Origin: a bacterium
GTDB taxonomy: Bacteria; Zhuqueibacterota; Zhuqueibacteria; Zhuqueibacterales; Zhuqueibacteraceae
NCBI GenBank assembly: GCA_044869275.1
Contig: JBIOXB010000034.1
Location: forward strand, 41,968 to 105,967
Length of the DNA stretch: 64,000 bases
Reading direction: 5' to 3'
Under the pieces are notes generated by a model. The model did no database searches and was not told the DNA's origin. It was given only the letters and a program-made list of their open reading frames with translations. A program made the translations under genes and the position numbers. Below are positions 61,743 through 64,000 of this stretch, piece after piece; position 1 is the first letter of the stretch; each line of letters starts with the position of its first letter.

Positions 61743-62816
61743 ATGAGCTCCAATCAAGAACAAGGCATTACCGCTCTGAATCAGGATTTTAGCCGCTACG
61801 ATCAGGTCAAAAAAGAACAAACCTACCATCTGGCAGAAAGCGCAACGGAGGATCAATTTGACGAGGATTATGAGATCAAAACCTGTGACCTGCGCCAATT
61901 CTTTGCGGGCGGCGAGGAAGGCAAGCAGAAATTCGCTCGAGAGCTGGGCGCAGCACTGGAGGGAATCGGCTTCGCCATTTTGAGCGGCCACGGCGTTGAT
62001 CCCAAACTGTATGCGGAAGCCAGGGAGAAAACCTGCGAGCTCTTTGCCAAAACCACTCGTGACGAGAGAATGAAATACCGTGCGCAAAGGTTCGGCTCGG
62101 TGAATCAAGGTTATTTCCCCATGAAGGAGACCACCATCATTCATCCCGATCTCGTCGAAGGCTGGGTGTTTTGTCGCAGAGCCTTTAATCTCGATGTTGA
62201 TGCGGATTACCAGGAAGAGCGTTTTTGGCCCTTGCCTGGCTTCGAACCATTTTTCCGGCAGATCTGCTTCCATCACGAAAAGCTCATTCTCCCGATCATG
62301 CAGAGCATTCTCCGCTACCTCGGCTGCGATCCGCATCTCTACGACCGAAAATTAACGCGCACGAATTTTGGATTTCGCCTAAACTACTATCCGCCCATCG
62401 GTCAAGATGATGCGGCCTCCGGCGCCGGCCGCATGTTGGGCCACGAAGACGTCGATCTCTTTACTTTCCTGCCCTCGCAGGAAGTCGATGGCCTGCAAGT
62501 GCTGAATCGGGAAAATATGAAATGGATTCGCTTGAACCCGCCAGTGGGAACGATTATCCTGAATACCGGCGATTATATGCAGCGGATCACCAATGACCGT
62601 TTGCCTTCCACCACCCATCGCGTGAGCAAGCCAATGCAGGCCAGGCTTTATGATCAACCGCGTGTCACCTTTCCCATGGCCATCTACGTTTGGGAAGAAG
62701 AAATTCTGGAAGTCCTTCCCGGTTTGGGCACGCCGAAATATGAACCGATTTCTGCGATCAAGTTTCATACCAAGATCACCAGCAAGTATTATGGGGATGA
62801 TTATGCGGTGAAGTGA
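61743..62816 (+). CDS. Isopenicillin N synthase family 2OG-Fe(II) oxygenase
   Basis: IGFAILSGHGV, FRLNYYPP, HEDVD (HxD), NTGDYMQR, STTHRV. Confidence 0.9.
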   Translation: MSSNQEQGITALNQDFSRYDQVKKEQTYHLAESATEDQFDEDYEIKTCDLRQFFAGGEEGKQKFARELGAALEGIGFAILSGHGVDPKLYAEAREKTCELFAKTTRDERMKYRAQRFGSVNQGYFPMKETTIIHPDLVEGWVFCRRAFNLDVDADYQEERFWPLPGFEPFFRQICFHHEKLILPIMQSILRYLGCDPHLYDRKLTRTNFGFRLNYYPPIGQDDAASGAGRMLGHEDVDLFTFLPSQEVDGLQVLNRENMKWIRLNPPVGTIILNTGDYMQRITNDRLPSTTHRVSKPMQARLYDQPRVTFPMAIYVWEEEILEVLPGLGTPKYEPISAIKFHTKITSKYYGDDYAVK

Positions 62817-62939
62817 GACGGGAGACGTGAGAGGTGAGCCGTGAAACGTGAGAGTCGAAAAGCGCAATGCACCCTGGTCTATATACCACAATTACGCCTT
62901 CCGTTTCTCACGTTTCACGTTTCACGTCTCACCTCTTAC
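62813..62939. repeat. Inverted heptamer arrays (GTGAGAC-like / GTTTCAC-like)
   Basis: gtgagac gggagac gtgagag gtgagcc gtgaaac gtgagag ... tctcacg tttcacg tttcacg tctcacc. Confidence 0.8.
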
Positions 62940-62961
62940 CTGTTAAATTAGGGAGCGAACC

Positions 62962-63393
62962 ATGTCAACCTCAAAACCAGCGCTACAACCAGGTCTCGAA
63001 CACCACGATGGCATTGCTGTCATTCGCGGCGGCGGAAACAATCGAGAATGGAACGGGATCCATTACAAGCAGGGCATGTCTGCAAAGAACGTGAGCGCGA
63101 AAGCGCTTTCGATCAATGTTGCCACCATTCCGCCTGGGGGAGTTGCCGGTGCGCACATTCATGTTGGTTTTGAAGTCATGCTTTATATCGTGCAGGGACG
63201 TGTCCGGCACGAGTATGGCCCGGGCTTGACCCAATCCGTGGAAAACGAAGCCGGTGACTTCATCTTTATTGAGCCAGGCGTGCCTCACGAAGTCTTCAAC
63301 ATGAGCAATAGCGAGCCAGTCGTCGCATTTGTCGCGCGCTCCAGCGCCGAGGAATGGGATAATATTATTCCTTATGATCGAAATTGCAGTTGA
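62962..63393 (+). CDS. Cupin domain protein
   Basis: AHIHVGFE..YIVQG, GDFIFIEPGVPHEVFN. Confidence 0.9.
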   Translation: MSTSKPALQPGLEHHDGIAVIRGGGNNREWNGIHYKQGMSAKNVSAKALSINVATIPPGGVAGAHIHVGFEVMLYIVQGRVRHEYGPGLTQSVENEAGDFIFIEPGVPHEVFNMSNSEPVVAFVARSSAEEWDNIIPYDRNCS

Positions 63394-63454
63394 TGAGTAC
63401 GTAAGCCGAAATGCGACTTTGGCCCTTGGGCAGCTTCAAATCAAACACCTGTGA

Positions 63455-63710
63455 ACACGGATGACGCGGATCGTCACGAATTTTAATATTTATGCCTTTA
63501 AAGAATCTAACATAGAATAAAATTCTGAAAGTTCAGCCCACGGAAATGGAACTCCCACGGAAAGAAGCTTTTCATTTCAGTGGGAATTCCATTTCCGTGG
63601 GCTAAAGCTTTGCTGCTCGAAGAGCTTCAGTTTTCATCCCGACCCTTCGGGATGAAAACCTGGCGTAGGTTTTATCCGTGTTAATCCGCACCACCCGTGT
63701 CATCCGCGTG
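63455..63710. repeat. Composite palindromic element
   Basis: ACACGGATGACGCGGAT ... ATCCGTGT..GTGTCATCCGCGT flanks; inner 24-bp IR 63535-63603 and hairpin GTTTTCATCCCGA/TCGGGATGAAAAC at 63630-63659. Confidence 0.7.
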
Positions 63711-63771
63711 CAAAGAAATTTTCAGATTTCTTCTTTCAAGTTTTGCGCTTTTTGGTCTGACTGGAGGCGAA

Positions 63772-63873
63772 TTGAGCAACAGCCCACGCGAGACTTTTAC
63801 TTCCAAGTTCGCTGTCCTCATGACCATGATCGGAGTTGCGGTTGGCCTGGGAAATTTCTGGCGCTTTCCTTAC
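63772..63873 (+). pseudogene. 5' fragment of a sodium-dependent (NSS/SNF) transporter, interrupted
   Basis: GGAGG RBS + [32 protein letters not shown] signature, then unrelated sequence and a stop at 63912. Confidence 0.75.
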
Positions 63874-64000
63874 CTGGACTTTATCCAAAATGTTCTTTGT
63901 CAAGCCGCGTAACAAAGCGTATCGGCGATGCGCTGGAGCAGAACTTCCGATACTTTTTGCACGTCCATCTGCGGCAACGACAATTGAAAACCCGATTGCT
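63874..64000 (-). mobile_element. Probable insertion sequence end with the 3' end of an ORF (possibly a transposase)
   Basis: Abrupt junction within the NSS gene; minus-strand frame ..[17 protein letters not shown] stops at 63900, ~26 bp from the junction; rest lies outside the window. Confidence 0.45.

Overview
Bacterial genomic window, moderately GC-rich. Secreted proteins ending in an 'NYPNPFN' FlgD/T9SS-like tail suggest a diderm FCB-group organism, possibly candidate division KSB1 (inference only). Most of it is housekeeping and envelope genes: korAB, pgk, gdhA, thrC, obgE, dprA, transporters and a KinB/AlgB-like two-component pair. These are interspersed with many REP/MITE-like palindromes, inverted heptamer arrays and several truncated or internally deleted pseudogenes. 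No rRNA, tRNA or CRISPR array was recognised. The best candidate for an undescribed system is 7.6-16.6 kb. It has two tandem paralogous ~1100-aa TPR-CHAT (caspase-like) proteins, each with a signal peptide, a C-terminal membrane anchor and an intact His/Cys dyad. Next to them are an ECF sigma factor, a zinc-finger/TM/TPR anti-sigma and a tiny lipoprotein ending CxxC-PPPP-Gly-run, followed by a possible vestigial second copy of that peptide. A second candidate is 47.6-51.8 kb: a helical lipoprotein, a YafK/DpaA-like enzyme carrying a copy of that lipoprotein's domain, an L,D-transpeptidase and a probably inactive YkuD-like protein. All family assignments are by-eye motif recognition; no database searches were run.
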